DNA of 64,000 bases from NCBI GenBank assembly GCA_951406725.2, contig OX597820.1, positions 44,578,001 through 44,642,000 on the forward strand, written 5' to 3'. The notes under the pieces were generated by a model. The model was not told the origin of the DNA. It made no database searches and saw only the letters and a program-made list of their open reading frames with translations. Source of the DNA: Octopus vulgaris. Lineage: Eukaryota. A program made the position numbers and the translations under genes. Shown here one piece after another: positions 52,581-64,000 of the stretch. The stretch's first letter is position 1; the number at the start of each line of letters is the position of its first letter.

Positions 52581-55500
52581 CAGCTAGTCAGTGACAAGTA
52601 CACTGTTCGTTAAAAATAACATAACCCATAAACGAAAAATGAGTTGGATGGAATTGTTACTATTACGTAAATGCGACACTTTTTTCCTTCGAAAGTCCTA
52701 ATGTAGTAAACACTCAAAACACTTTGAACCCTTTTTTAATAGATGTAAAACGTTTACACCAGCTGGTCGTAACCTGGTGTGACTGATATATGTTCAATAA
52801 ACGTATATTTCTGTATAAAACGTCGCTGAGGTTAATTTTCATACATTGTCAAAATATACAACAACCATACTTATTTAAGCCGAGAACTTTATTATTCTAT
52901 AGTAGTGTATGTGGTTCGATTTAAAATGAAATAGTTATTAGAAAATTGACATTTCCATCTTCAAATGTTAATATTGCTTTTGAGATGCGGAATATAGAAC
53001 AGGATGGGAACAGCTGTTCTGTAGAGTCGCTTGATCTGCTACAAAAGCAGCTATATTCCATCAAGTTACGCCATAACGTTTTGAAAAAATATATACATTG
53101 CACAGTATAGTTCTAAGTATATTAAAATACTGGATGGTCACGGTTGAAAAGCCTTTAAACATAAACTTGCTCATCCTGGAGCTAAATAGCAGCAATCATT
53201 CAAGTCAACTATAGAACCGCTATCCAGTTGCTTGTCCTCCTAGAAATAGCAGCGAAAAGTTCACCCTCAAATCATACCCTACTATCTTAAAAAAGGCAAG
53301 GAGTCATTGGACATTGTAGTAATTCAGTTATACAAAAAGACTGGATTGTCACGGCCGGAATACCTTTGATCCTAGTGCTGCTTAGGAAGTGTGATCTGAG
53401 ACAAAACATGAATAATCAGCTTTCTTTTATCTTTGTACTCTACAGTGTATTTTAAATACTAATGTGACAGTTCATGAGTTCCATCCTCATTCTTGGAGTG
53501 TAAATGAGAAGTTCTATTTTTGGAAAAAAATTCAAGAACAATTTATGATAACGAAACTCAAAATATAACAGGATGGTGCTAGCTAAATATTAACTGCTGT
53601 GAAATCTTAATTAGTTGTGAAACTGTGACTTGTTAGAAAGTAGTTCACAGAATAGGTAATTCAATTAAGTTACTGGAGGTGTAATTAAAGCTGCGAAGGT
53701 GGAACAATTCTGCCTAATTATCAATTTGAATTTTTAACTTTAGCACAAGGCTGTAGTGCATGATGTGGGGAGCTATTTTAAAATTCCTAATTTGTGGGGG
53801 CACATCTGTACTGAAAAAAATAGTGAATCATTACTTTTACAAATTTAACTACATTCGGTAACTGTTTTGGTCTTAGGGTTTAAACCAGATTTTTTTCGTG
53901 AATTTTCATAGAACTTTTGTCAATAGGTGATGTGCAAGCAAGGGATTATCCACTCCTGCTATCATCAATTAAATCGACTGCATTACCTGACTTGTACTTG
54001 TCTCCCCCAACATCACTTGATAACTGATGCTGGTGTGTTTATATCCCCATAATATTATATAAGAAGTATGTCTCATACAAGAGATCACTAAATATTGAGG
54101 TCTAACATATACAGTGATCTTAAAAGCCTTAGATGTGGCACTGTTCCTACTATCTCAAAAAGGGAAACGACATGTTTGAGACTTGGTCTTAAATAGATAC
54201 TCCTAAAAAATGAGTCAGTTTTTGTCATGGATCTAGTTGATTAGAACTAGCTGAATGTTTAACAGCAACAACACTGGCACTCTTTCTTATCTCTACCTTT
54301 TCAACTACCACTAAAACACCCACGCTTCACCCTGGCCTCATTCTTACTGTATCTTACAACCAATCACCAGTCACTGCAATAAACCAGTTTATGCCAAACA
54401 AACAGCCTACAGCAAGATTTAGTCAGGCCCCAAGCTCCATTTTATAATACTATATTTATTGTATTATTAATTTTAAATTATTCTGTAAATACATAACTTG
54501 CATCTGCTCAGAATCAGAGCTCAAACAGAATTTCGATTAACACCCGTTCAAGTTTGTCAAATCAGTGCACATCGGGGAATCTTTTGTTTTCTCACCCAAC
54601 GAAAAAGAAGTTTATGAATTCATATACTAAAAGATATAACAATTTTCTTCTCCAATTTGTCTTTATACATCTGCCCAAAAAGATGTTTTTTTTTAATTTC
54701 TTCTTTAAATTCATACACTTTCATCTAAATAAATTCTAGTTATATAAACAATATTAAGAAATTTTACTGTTGAAACTGCAAGCTTCCTATTAAGCATTGG
54801 TTTTCTCAAGAACTATATGCATATATTTTTACAATTTCTGCCTCCATTTTCATTCCCATGACTATTACTCAACAGGACTCTATTCATATTATATGAATGA
54901 GATTTCTACAAGTATCTCTGCACAAAAATTTTTGTAATGCCTCATATTCTTTCATTTATTGTTAATAATGTTTTATAATGTCTATTGGCCTCATGTGTCA
55001 ATGTAGCCTACAAGATCTAGTTCATGCTTCAATCTGACCTGCAAAACCAAACAAGTTCAACATCCCTGCAGTGCTCCACCAGAACTGCAAGCATCAAGAA
55101 TTCACTTCCTATCCATATTTTCCCTATTGATGTTCATTCTGAACACCAACCACAACAATCTCACCATCAGGGTAATACCTACAAGAGTCAGAAGTTTGGA
55201 ATGCTTTTTCATTTTTCAATTAATTAATTAATTAGGAAAGTTTGGTGTTCTTTTTTTAACTGATTAGTGAGGGCAGAGCAGTGTCTGTAGCCCTTTTTGT
55301 TCAGGGCCTCCATGATTTGTAGAGTGAAGGGAGGAAGAATATATGGAAGGGGTGGATGCAGGAAGACGGGTGAAGTGGTGAGAAAGGATCTACAGAAGTT
55401 GGGGCTCACAGAACTGATGACAGGGGACCGATACTTCTCACGGTTTGCTGTGCTTGAAAAGACCATGTCAAGCTAAGTAAAAGTGTGGTTGCCTTTGCAT

Positions 55501-56482
55501 ACAGCCTCGTCCTCTACAGGCTCATAGGTGTTGGTGGCACATAAAAATCACCCATACCAGTGCTGCATAAAAACACCCAGTACACACTGTAAAGTGGTTG
55601 GTGTTAAGAAGGGCATCCAGCCTTAGAAACCATATCAAAACAGACATGGAGCCTGAACAGCCCTTCATTTTGTCATCTCCTGTCAGACTGTCCAACCCAT
55701 GCCAGCATGGAAAACAGACGTTAAGTGATGATGAATTGAATCAAATGCAATGTATGGCAGCAAAAATATAATAAAAAATGGGTTGTGGGGGTAATAAAGT
55801 CCACCTCTCAGAAAGCTGAACACAAAGGCCTGGAACAAACACCATACACATTGTTGCTTGAAACTTTAATAGTTCTACCCACCCACCCACCATCCTAAAC
55901 TTGTAGTCCACTAATCCCCTCCTCTCAAATTTCAGGCATTGTGCCTTTAGTAGAAAGGATTATTATTATTATTGAGTGAGAGAGCAGTTCATGCCATCAA
56001 AGTGACACTGGGGTAAAATATACGAAGCCCAATATACCCATCATGACTACCCGCCTGATAAGGGCACACCAGGCACATGCATCACAACCATATGTGCACG
56101 ACATGGTGATCTCATATCAAGATAAACTGCACATGACCTTGCAGGTGGGGCCCAGTTAGAATTTTCTTCAGGTTGAGTAGCCCATCCTGCTCAAACGGTC
56201 CCTGAATAAGGATTGTTTACAGATGTTGAAAAAAACCACCCATGTCTCCAGAGGTGAATTATTCAAACCCCAAAGAATCCCTCTCAACACATGGCTATGA
56301 TGCTCCCCCACTACTTCTGCTCGTGATCAGAGGTGCACATATCGTCAGCCACTAAGGGACATGCTCAACTGGTTATGGTCAAACAACTGACAAGCAAAAT
56401 TATTATTATTTATTATTATTATTATTATTATTATTCAACATCTTTTCAGTAAACCATAAAGTGAAACTTTGTTTTGTTTCAG

Positions 56483-56613
56483 AGCTTTTCAGTTAAATGG
56501 CGAAAACTATAAAATAGGCAACTTTGTATATATTTCAAACGAAGATATTATTGATGGTGGTTTGGATTCATCTTTCATTGCTCAGATTAAAGACCTTTAT
56601 TCCAAGATAAGAG
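56483..56613 (+). CDS. ORC1: ORC1-like exon 2, BAH domain (AFQLNGENYKIGNFVYISNED...FIAQIKDLYSKIR)
   Basis: TTTCAG acceptor, GTAAG donor, 131 nt, phase 2-1. IGxFVxI and FIAxIxxL BAH pattern. Confidence 0.82.
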
Positions 56614-59600
56614 GTAAGATAATAAGTTTTATCAAGCAGCTTGCATGTGTCTTATATTTTTGTTTTTAATGATTGTCACAATTTTCAATATATGTTATCT
56701 TAATCACTTGATTCATATGTTTCTATTTTTTGATCAAAATTTATTTTGTTTTTTATAAATCCAACCATATAACTGGATGGTAAAAAATATTTTCCATGCT
56801 GAAATTTGAAAAAAAGATGTTGCAAGTAAGAGATATGAATTATTCTCCGCAGCAGAAGTCTTAAGACCAGTCCTTGTGGCGGTGTCATGTAAAAGCATCC
56901 ATGCAGCACCATGTAAAAGTGCCCATGTGGTGCCACATAAAAACACTCTGTAAAGTGGTTGGTGTTAGGAAGGGCATCCAGCTGTAGAAACTGTGCCAGA
57001 TCAGACTGGAGCCTGGTGCAGCTCCCTAACTTGCCAGCATGGACAATGGATGTTAAATGATAATGATGAACCAATAATCTTTAATTCAAATACTGAGCAC
57101 AAGCGATGCTATGTGGTTTAGAAGTTTGATTTGTATCAGAGTAGTTCCATACCTTGGACAACTTTCTTTAACTATAGCCCCATGCCAACTAAAGCATTGT
57201 AAATGAATTCAATAGATGAAAATTGAAAAGAAACCAATTGTGTGTGTGTGTGTTCTTGTCTTTACATTCTTTTATCTTTTACTTGTTTCAATCATGAGAC
57301 TGTGTCCATGTTGGGATGCCACCTTAAAGATCTTTGGTTGAATGAATTGACTCCAGTATATATTTTTTATTTAAGTCTGGTACTTACTCTGTTAGTTTCT
57401 TTGCTGAACCACTAAGTTATGAGGATGTAAACACACCAACAGCACTTGTCAAGCTGTGGTTGGGGACACACACATACATATACATACAATAGGTTTCTTT
57501 CAATTTCTGTCTGCCAAATCTACTCACAAGGCCTCAGTCCAAAGCTATAGTAGAAGACACTTGCCCTAGGTGCCACACAGTGGGACTGAACCTGGAACCA
57601 TGTGGCTGGGAAGCAAACATCTTACCACACAACCGTACCATTGTGCACTAATTGTAAACAAATGTCACCATCTTACAAACAATATTATTTTTTTTGTAAT
57701 CTTCCATGAAAACATATCTGGATTAGGAGAAACAGAAGATTGGAAACAGGAAGAGCATCCAGTCACAGAAAATCTGCTTCAACAAATTTTATCTTACTCA
57801 GATCATCATCATCATCATCATCGCCATTTAACATCTGTCTTCCATGTTGGCATGGGTTAGATGATTTAACAGGATTTGACAAGCCAAAAGACTGCACCAG
57901 GCTCTGTCTGTTTTAGCATGGTTTTTACAGCTGGATGTCCTTCCTAACACCAAGGTAAAATGGACATTGATGATAAAAATGATTATATTCATAAAATCAT
58001 AAGAGCATTTGCATTAGCCAAAAGTTCTTTATTGTTGAGCGAATACCTTTCTTTAAGCCATGTTGGATTTTACTGTTACACAGATAATAATCTACTCTAA
58101 TGGTAAAAATGCATTAAAGCAATGAATTCAGAAGTGAATCAGTATAGCAGAAGTCATTGTTTAGTATCTTGAAATTGACATATGTAGCAAACCTATAGTG
58201 TGTGTGTGTGTGTGTATATACATCTTTTATTTTTTACTTGTTTCAGTCATCAGACTACAACCATGCTGACACACCATCTGGAAGTATTTTAGTCAAGTAA
58301 ATTGACCCCACTACTTTTTTTTTTAACCCTGGTACTTATTCTATTGGTCTCTTTTACTGAACTGCTATGTTATGGGGATGTAAACACACCAACACCAGTT
58401 GTCAAACAATGGTGGGGAACAAACATAGACACACACGCATACATACATATATGATGGGTTCCTTTCATTTTCTGTCTACCAAATCCACTCACAAATCTTT
58501 GGTCAGCCCGATGCTATAGTAGAAGACACTTGCCTATGGTGCAACACTGGGACTGAACCCTGTCAAATTGTCCAACCCATGCCAGCATGGAATACAGACA
58601 CTAACTGCTGCTGCTGCTTATAATGATGATGATGAATGTCAGAACTTAACAATAGGTTTTTGCTTTCGTCGCTTCACCCTAATTTCTCTATTATTTGGAA
58701 TACCCAATATTATGATTAAAGTTCAATGCTGTCTTCTGTTTATCAGTGATAAGATTAAAGTGCATGCAGTAGTTTATAATCTGTGATATCTGTGAGTTCT
58801 TTTACACTTGCTGCCTACTGAAGCAGAATGGTTAATTAACAGATGCAATTGGTGAACTACTTGCAGGTCCTGAGTTCAAATTTGTTATAGGCATTTCATT
58901 ATATATTTAGGGCAGTACATTTTATTTGACATTACTTAACAGGTTAGACATATGTTATTATTGTCTAGATCAACTCTGATTACATTTATAGCATGAGGTG
59001 CTTGGGAGGCAGTTGATTAAATGCTCAAGAGCTAACCAAAGGTGGAGTATCATAGATGTACAGATATAAGATACCCAAGTTGGAAATTCACTGTTTGAGC
59101 TGTGTATCACAGTACCAAAATCACAATAGCATTTGAATTAGCCACGCGTTTTGTTCAGTTGAGTTAATACCTTTAAGTCACGTTGGATTTTAATGATATA
59201 CTGGTAGCAATCTACTCTAATGATAACAATGACTTAAAATAATAAATCCAGAAGTAAATTAGTATAGCAGAAATTGTTAAGTATCTTCACTATTTGGCTT
59301 GTGTTCCAGTTGTGGCAATCCTGTGTGTGAGCATTATGTCCCAATATTTGAAGCTGAAAACATATGGTCCAGATTTTTTTTTTTAAGTACATTAGGAGTT
59401 TCAAACCATCACTGACCCTGTTCTGAAATCATTCGATCTCTGCCTAATCTTGACCACCTACTGCATATCCATACTGCCCACTGCAACTCTTCCTGAGCTT
59501 TATAGCATTTCAGGTCAGGTAACTAGTCAGACTGCCACCAGTTTGAAACTAACTAACCCTGACAGCTAATAGAGCAGTTCATTTCACAGATTGAGCAACT

Positions 59601-60536
59601 ATATAGGAGCTTCTTTGTTGATCTCTATAAAAACAGGTGTGAAGAAGTAACATGTGACCATTACAAAAGACCTTATTAAGTAATCCTAGCTCTATGGAAG
59701 TGACACACACATGGGATGAGTTAATTAGAATAGATTTTAAAAAGCTTAGGCCTTTCACATAATCATCATCATCATGCCTTGTGGTGTTCCTTCCAGCCCT
59801 TAATGTTCTGAGTTCAAATTTCACTGAGGGCAACCTTTCTTTTCATCTCCCAGGATTCAATAAAATGAAGTACCAGTCATATTCTGGAACCGCTGTAATG
59901 AACTAAACCCCTCTACTCAAATTTCTGGCCTTGTACCTCTGTATGAAGTCATCATTGCTATAAAATAGATCTTCTATAAACAATGTTTTTTAAATGCCAG
60001 TCCAGCTATAAATAATGGCTCATAGCACATAGGGTTAAAAAAAAAAACCTTTCAAGAGAAAAAGAGGCAGAGAACATCCTGTGGATCTTGAACCATGCAT
60101 TTGCTGCCATCTTGACAGTCATAGTACACTTACACTAAAGTTTATAGAAAACTTTCTAAATGTAAACAAACTTGCTTTCATATTTAAAGTATCTAATTTA
60201 GATGAATGAAAGTGTGAAAAGTACTTTATTTCTCGATGCTTCTAACAATATCTCATTAAATATGCACAATCATTAGCATTTCGTCTGTCTGTACATTCTG
60301 AGTTCATATTCCCCTGTGATCAACTTTTCCTCTCATCCTTTGGCAATCAATAAAATAAATACCAGTTGGACACTGGGGTTGGTGTAATTACCAGCCCCTA
60401 CCCCCAAAATTTCAGACCTTGTGCCTATAATAGAAAGGCTTATTATTATTATTAAGACTACAAGTTGGCCAAACCATTATCAAGTCATACTTGCTCGTTA
60501 GTAACAGTTATTGTTTGGGTTTTTTTTCTACTTTAG

Positions 60537-60715
60537 GAGATTATGATATTGGTGATAATTATGTTGTTGTCAGATGGTTCTGGAGACAATCAGAAATTGG
60601 AGAATCTCTACGCAAGAAATGTTGTCAGCAATCTGCTGCCAATGAAATATTCCTCAACACTGCATCGTTCTTCGACACAGAAGTGTTTACCGAGACAATT
60701 GTTGGGAAATGCAAG
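60537..60715 (+). CDS. ORC1: ORC1-like exon 3, BAH domain (VVVRWFWRQSEI...NEIFLN...ETIVGKCK)
   Basis: TTTAG acceptor, GTAAT donor, 179 nt, phase 1-0. WF, EIF and ETIxGK BAH motifs. Confidence 0.85.
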
Positions 60716-61184
60716 GTAATATACAGTTTTTTTTTTCTAGCAGAAACTTTAGAACATTGGGAAAAGTATCCTGCCATATTTTTTCCAGTTCTTTACATTC
60801 CAAGTTCAAATCTCATCGATATTAACTTTGCCTTTCATCCTTCTGGATGAAAGGCAAAGTTGTCTTCTTTCATTCCCTTCAAGATTTCTGGACTTATACC
60901 TATCAAAATCATCTGACAAAATGTCTTGTGGTTTATTTCGTTATGACACTTTATTGTCTGAGTTCAAATCCCTCTGAAACCAACTTTTATCTTTTGTCCT
61001 TCAGGAGTCAATAAAATAAAGTACCAGTCAAGTACCAGGATTGATTTAACCAAATCTTCCTCAAATCACTTCCTGCCACTTAAAAAGAAAGTGGGTGGAG
61101 GTATTTATACATTAAATAATGCACTCCTAGATATACTATGTCTGAAAAAAAGAGTTGGAATGGTCATAACTCAATAAATACACA

Positions 61185-61822
61185 CGCCTCGCCTGGCCCC
61201 CGCAGCCTCGCCTGGCCCCCGTGTCAGCCTCGCCTGGCCCTCGCCTGGCCCTCGCCTGGCCCCCGTGCTGGTGACACGTAAAAGCACCATCCGTTCGTGG
61301 CTGTCTGCCAGCTCTGTCTGGCCCCCGTGCCGGTGACACGTAAAAACACCATCCGTTCGTGGCCGTTTGCCAACCCTGTCTGGCCCCCGTGTCGGTGGCA
61401 TGTAAAAGCACCATCCGTTCGTGTCCGTTGCCAGCCTCGCCTGGACCCGTGCCGGTGACACGTAAAAGCACCATCCGTTTCGTGGCCGTTTGCCAGCTCT
61501 GTCTGGCCCCCGTGTTGGTGGCACGTAAAAGCACCATCCATTCATGTCCGTTGCCAGCCTCGCCTGGCCCCGTGCCGGTGACACGTAAAAGCACCATCCG
61601 TTCGTGGCCGTTTGCCAGCTCTGTCTGGCACCTGTGCGGGTGGCACGTAAAAAGCACCCACTACACTCACGGAGTGGTTGGCGTTAGGAAGGGCATCCAG
61701 CCGTAGAAACACTGCCAGATCTGACTGGGCCTGATGAAGCCTTCCAGCTTCACAGATCCCAGTTGAACCGTCCAACCCATGCTAGCATGGAGAACGGACG
61801 CTAAATGATGATGATGATGATG
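61185..61822 (+). mobile_element. Near-identical inverted copy of the 51932-52580 element
   Basis: Reverse complement matches with about 2 mismatches in the first ~190 bp; about 6 tandem units. Confidence 0.82.
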
Positions 61823-62509
61823 AACGCCCGGTCTGGGAATCGAAACCGTGATCCTCCAACCGCGAGTCCGCTACCCTAACCACTGGCCATTGTGCCTCCA
61901 CATGAGTATACTATCATGTTAATGGAAGGTGAAAGTTAAATGATGGTAGCGGTTATGAAAAGCACTCGTGGCAGTGTCACATAAAAGTGCCTGTGTGGTG
62001 CAACATAAAACCACCCAGCACTCCGTAAAGTAATTTGTTTTAGTCATTAGACTGCAGCCGTGCGGGGTGGCACCAACTTGAATTTTTATTCAAACGAATT
62101 GACCCCAGTACTTATATTTTAAAGCCTGGTTCTTATTCTGTTAGTCTCTTTTGCTGAGCCACCAAGTTATATGGGGATGTAAACACAGTAACACTTGTCA
62201 AGCAGTGGTGGGGACAAACACACACATATCTACAATGGGTTTCTTTGAGTTTCCATCTACCAAATTCACTCACAAGGCTTTGGTCAGCCCAAAGCAATAG
62301 TAGATGCTTGCCCAAGGTGCCATGTTGTATTGAACCCAAAGCCATGTGATTGAGAAGCAAGCATCTTATCACACACCCAACACCTTTTCTTTCTTTCATT
62401 CTTTTTCTTTTTTCAACAAGTTTACTGTAATGTCTGCTTTCCAGACTATTTTCTTTGTCTTGGATGTATTTTTGATACAGTGTTTCTATCAATATTCCTT
62501 CTAATTCCC

Positions 62510-62725
62510 AAGGCGGCAAGCTGGCAGAAACATTAGCACACCGGGTGAAATGCTTAGTGATATTTTGTCTGTCTTTACATTCTGAGTTCAAACTCCGCCG
62601 AGGTCAACTTTGCCTTTCATCCTTCCAGGGTCAATAAATTAGGTACTAGTTGCGTACTGGGGTTAATCTAATCGACTGGCCCCCTCCCCCCAAATTTCAG
62701 GCCTTGTACCTAGAGTAGAAAAGAA
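62510..62725 (+). mobile_element. SINE with Nin/Deu-like domain; representative (others near 4590, 24910, 59790, 60270, 60940)
   Basis: GAGTTCAAA...TTGCCTTTCATCCTT...GGTCAATAAATT.GGTAC.AG motif. Confidence 0.6.
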
Positions 62726-63943
62726 TATTCCTTCTAATTTCTTCCTCATGGAATTCTTAGCAACTTAAAGACAACTGACAGATTTTGAAACAACTACAAC
62801 TGTGAACATGGATGTAAAACAAAAAAAAATTATTGAATAACAAACCAAAGTAATATTTGTTGCTAATCTGAATTCCCCCATCCTATACACTTCTCGAGTG
62901 TACAACTTCCTATTGTCACATGCTTTTGTTACCTAGAATGTTGATACCACAATAAAAAGAACTTACTGCACTCTGTCAAGTATTTGATGAACAAACCGGT
63001 GAGTACAGAATAGCAAGGCCTCTATAGTTTCATTGAGGACATGAGAATGTCTCAAGTGTCATGTCATGATAAAACGCACCCGGTACTCTTTAGTGGTTGG
63101 TGTTAGGAAGACATCAGGCTGTAGAAACATCACCACCATCATCATCGTCATTTAATGTCTGTTTTCCATGCTGGCATGGGTTGGACGGTTTGACTGAGAT
63201 CTGGGGAGCCAGTGGCTGCACCAGGCTCCAATCTGATCTGGCAGTGTTTTTATAGCTGGATGCCCTTCCTAACGCCAACCACTCAGAGTGTAGTGGGTGC
63301 TTTTTACGTGCCACCGGCATGGGAACCAGTCAGTGGGTACTGGCATTGGCCGTGTTCAGATGGTGCTTTTTATGTGCCACCGGCATGGGAGCCAATCAGG
63401 TGGACCAGGCATTGACTACGTTCAGATGGTGCTTTTTACCTGCCACCGGCATGGAAGCCAGTCAGGGGACACTGGCATCTTCTAAGATTAGATTTTATGA
63501 GCAAGACATGTTCTCTAATCTATGTCAGAAGCAGTTAATTCCAAATATGAAATGATTCAGGTTATGACAGTCCATCCAACCCATACTAGCCTGGAAAAAA
63601 GGTATAAAATAATGATAATCCTTTCTACTAAAGGCACAAGGACTGAAATTTTGGAGGAGGGGAATAGTTGATTACATCAACCCCAGTATTTGTCAAACAG
63701 TGGTTTGACAATGGGCTTCTTTCAGTTTCCACCTACCAAATCCTTTCACAAGACTTTGGTTGGCCTGAGATTATTGTAGAAGACACTTGCTCAAAGTGCC
63801 ATGCTATGCAACTGAACCCGGAATTATGTGGTTGGGAAGCAAGCTTCTTACCACACAGCCATATCTGCACCTATACCTGATCATAAAACCGTAAGATTTC
63901 TTTTATAGTAGTTAATTACAATTTTTTTTACTCTGTTTTCCAG

Positions 63944-64000
63944 CTAGCATTTGACCAGCTACCTACATACATAGAACACCTGAAGTTTATAACTGTGTTT
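63944..64000 (+). CDS. Possible next ORC1-like exon, truncated by window end (LAFDQLPTYIEHLKFITVF)
   Basis: Polypyrimidine tract plus CAG at 63941-63943 and an open phase-0 frame to the window end. No convincing motif. Confidence 0.2.

Noticed and set aside
51982-52613. Overlapping ORFs (also 61136-61775, 38127-38894, 41037-41444)
   Set aside because: GC-rich tandem repeats in retroelement 3'UTRs are open in several frames; no protein motifs.

Overview
AT-rich, repeat-dense eukaryotic (animal) genomic DNA, not prokaryotic. The SINE/RTE/microsatellite landscape suggests a coleoid cephalopod such as Octopus (inference). Two spliced genes lie head-to-head. (1) On the minus strand, a 26/29-kDa-proteinase/CfaD-type cathepsin L-like C1A protease: 9 phase-consistent coding exons from ATG 31204 to 3468, with the exon(s) carrying the catalytic His/Asn lying left of the window. 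(2) On the plus strand, the 5' end of an ORC1-like BAH-domain gene: 3 phase-consistent exons from ATG 47979. Most of the remaining sequence is transposon-derived: Merlin-like and piggyBac-like MITEs, non-autonomous Helitrons, Tc1/mariner, hAT, RTE, CR1/L2 and Tx1/L1 LINE pieces, and tRNA-derived SINEs. The most notable signals are: several Penelope-type minimal hammerhead-ribozyme motifs, one in the loop of a perfect 150-bp inverted repeat; a near-identical inverted retroelement pair bracketing ORC1 exons 2-3 (dsRNA/circRNA/ADAR candidate); a 57-bp minisatellite derived from an RTE coding end; and a tRNA-Pro pseudogene lacking its anticodon arm. Family names come from hand-read motifs, with no database search; repeat boundaries are approximate unless a TSD or terminus is quoted.
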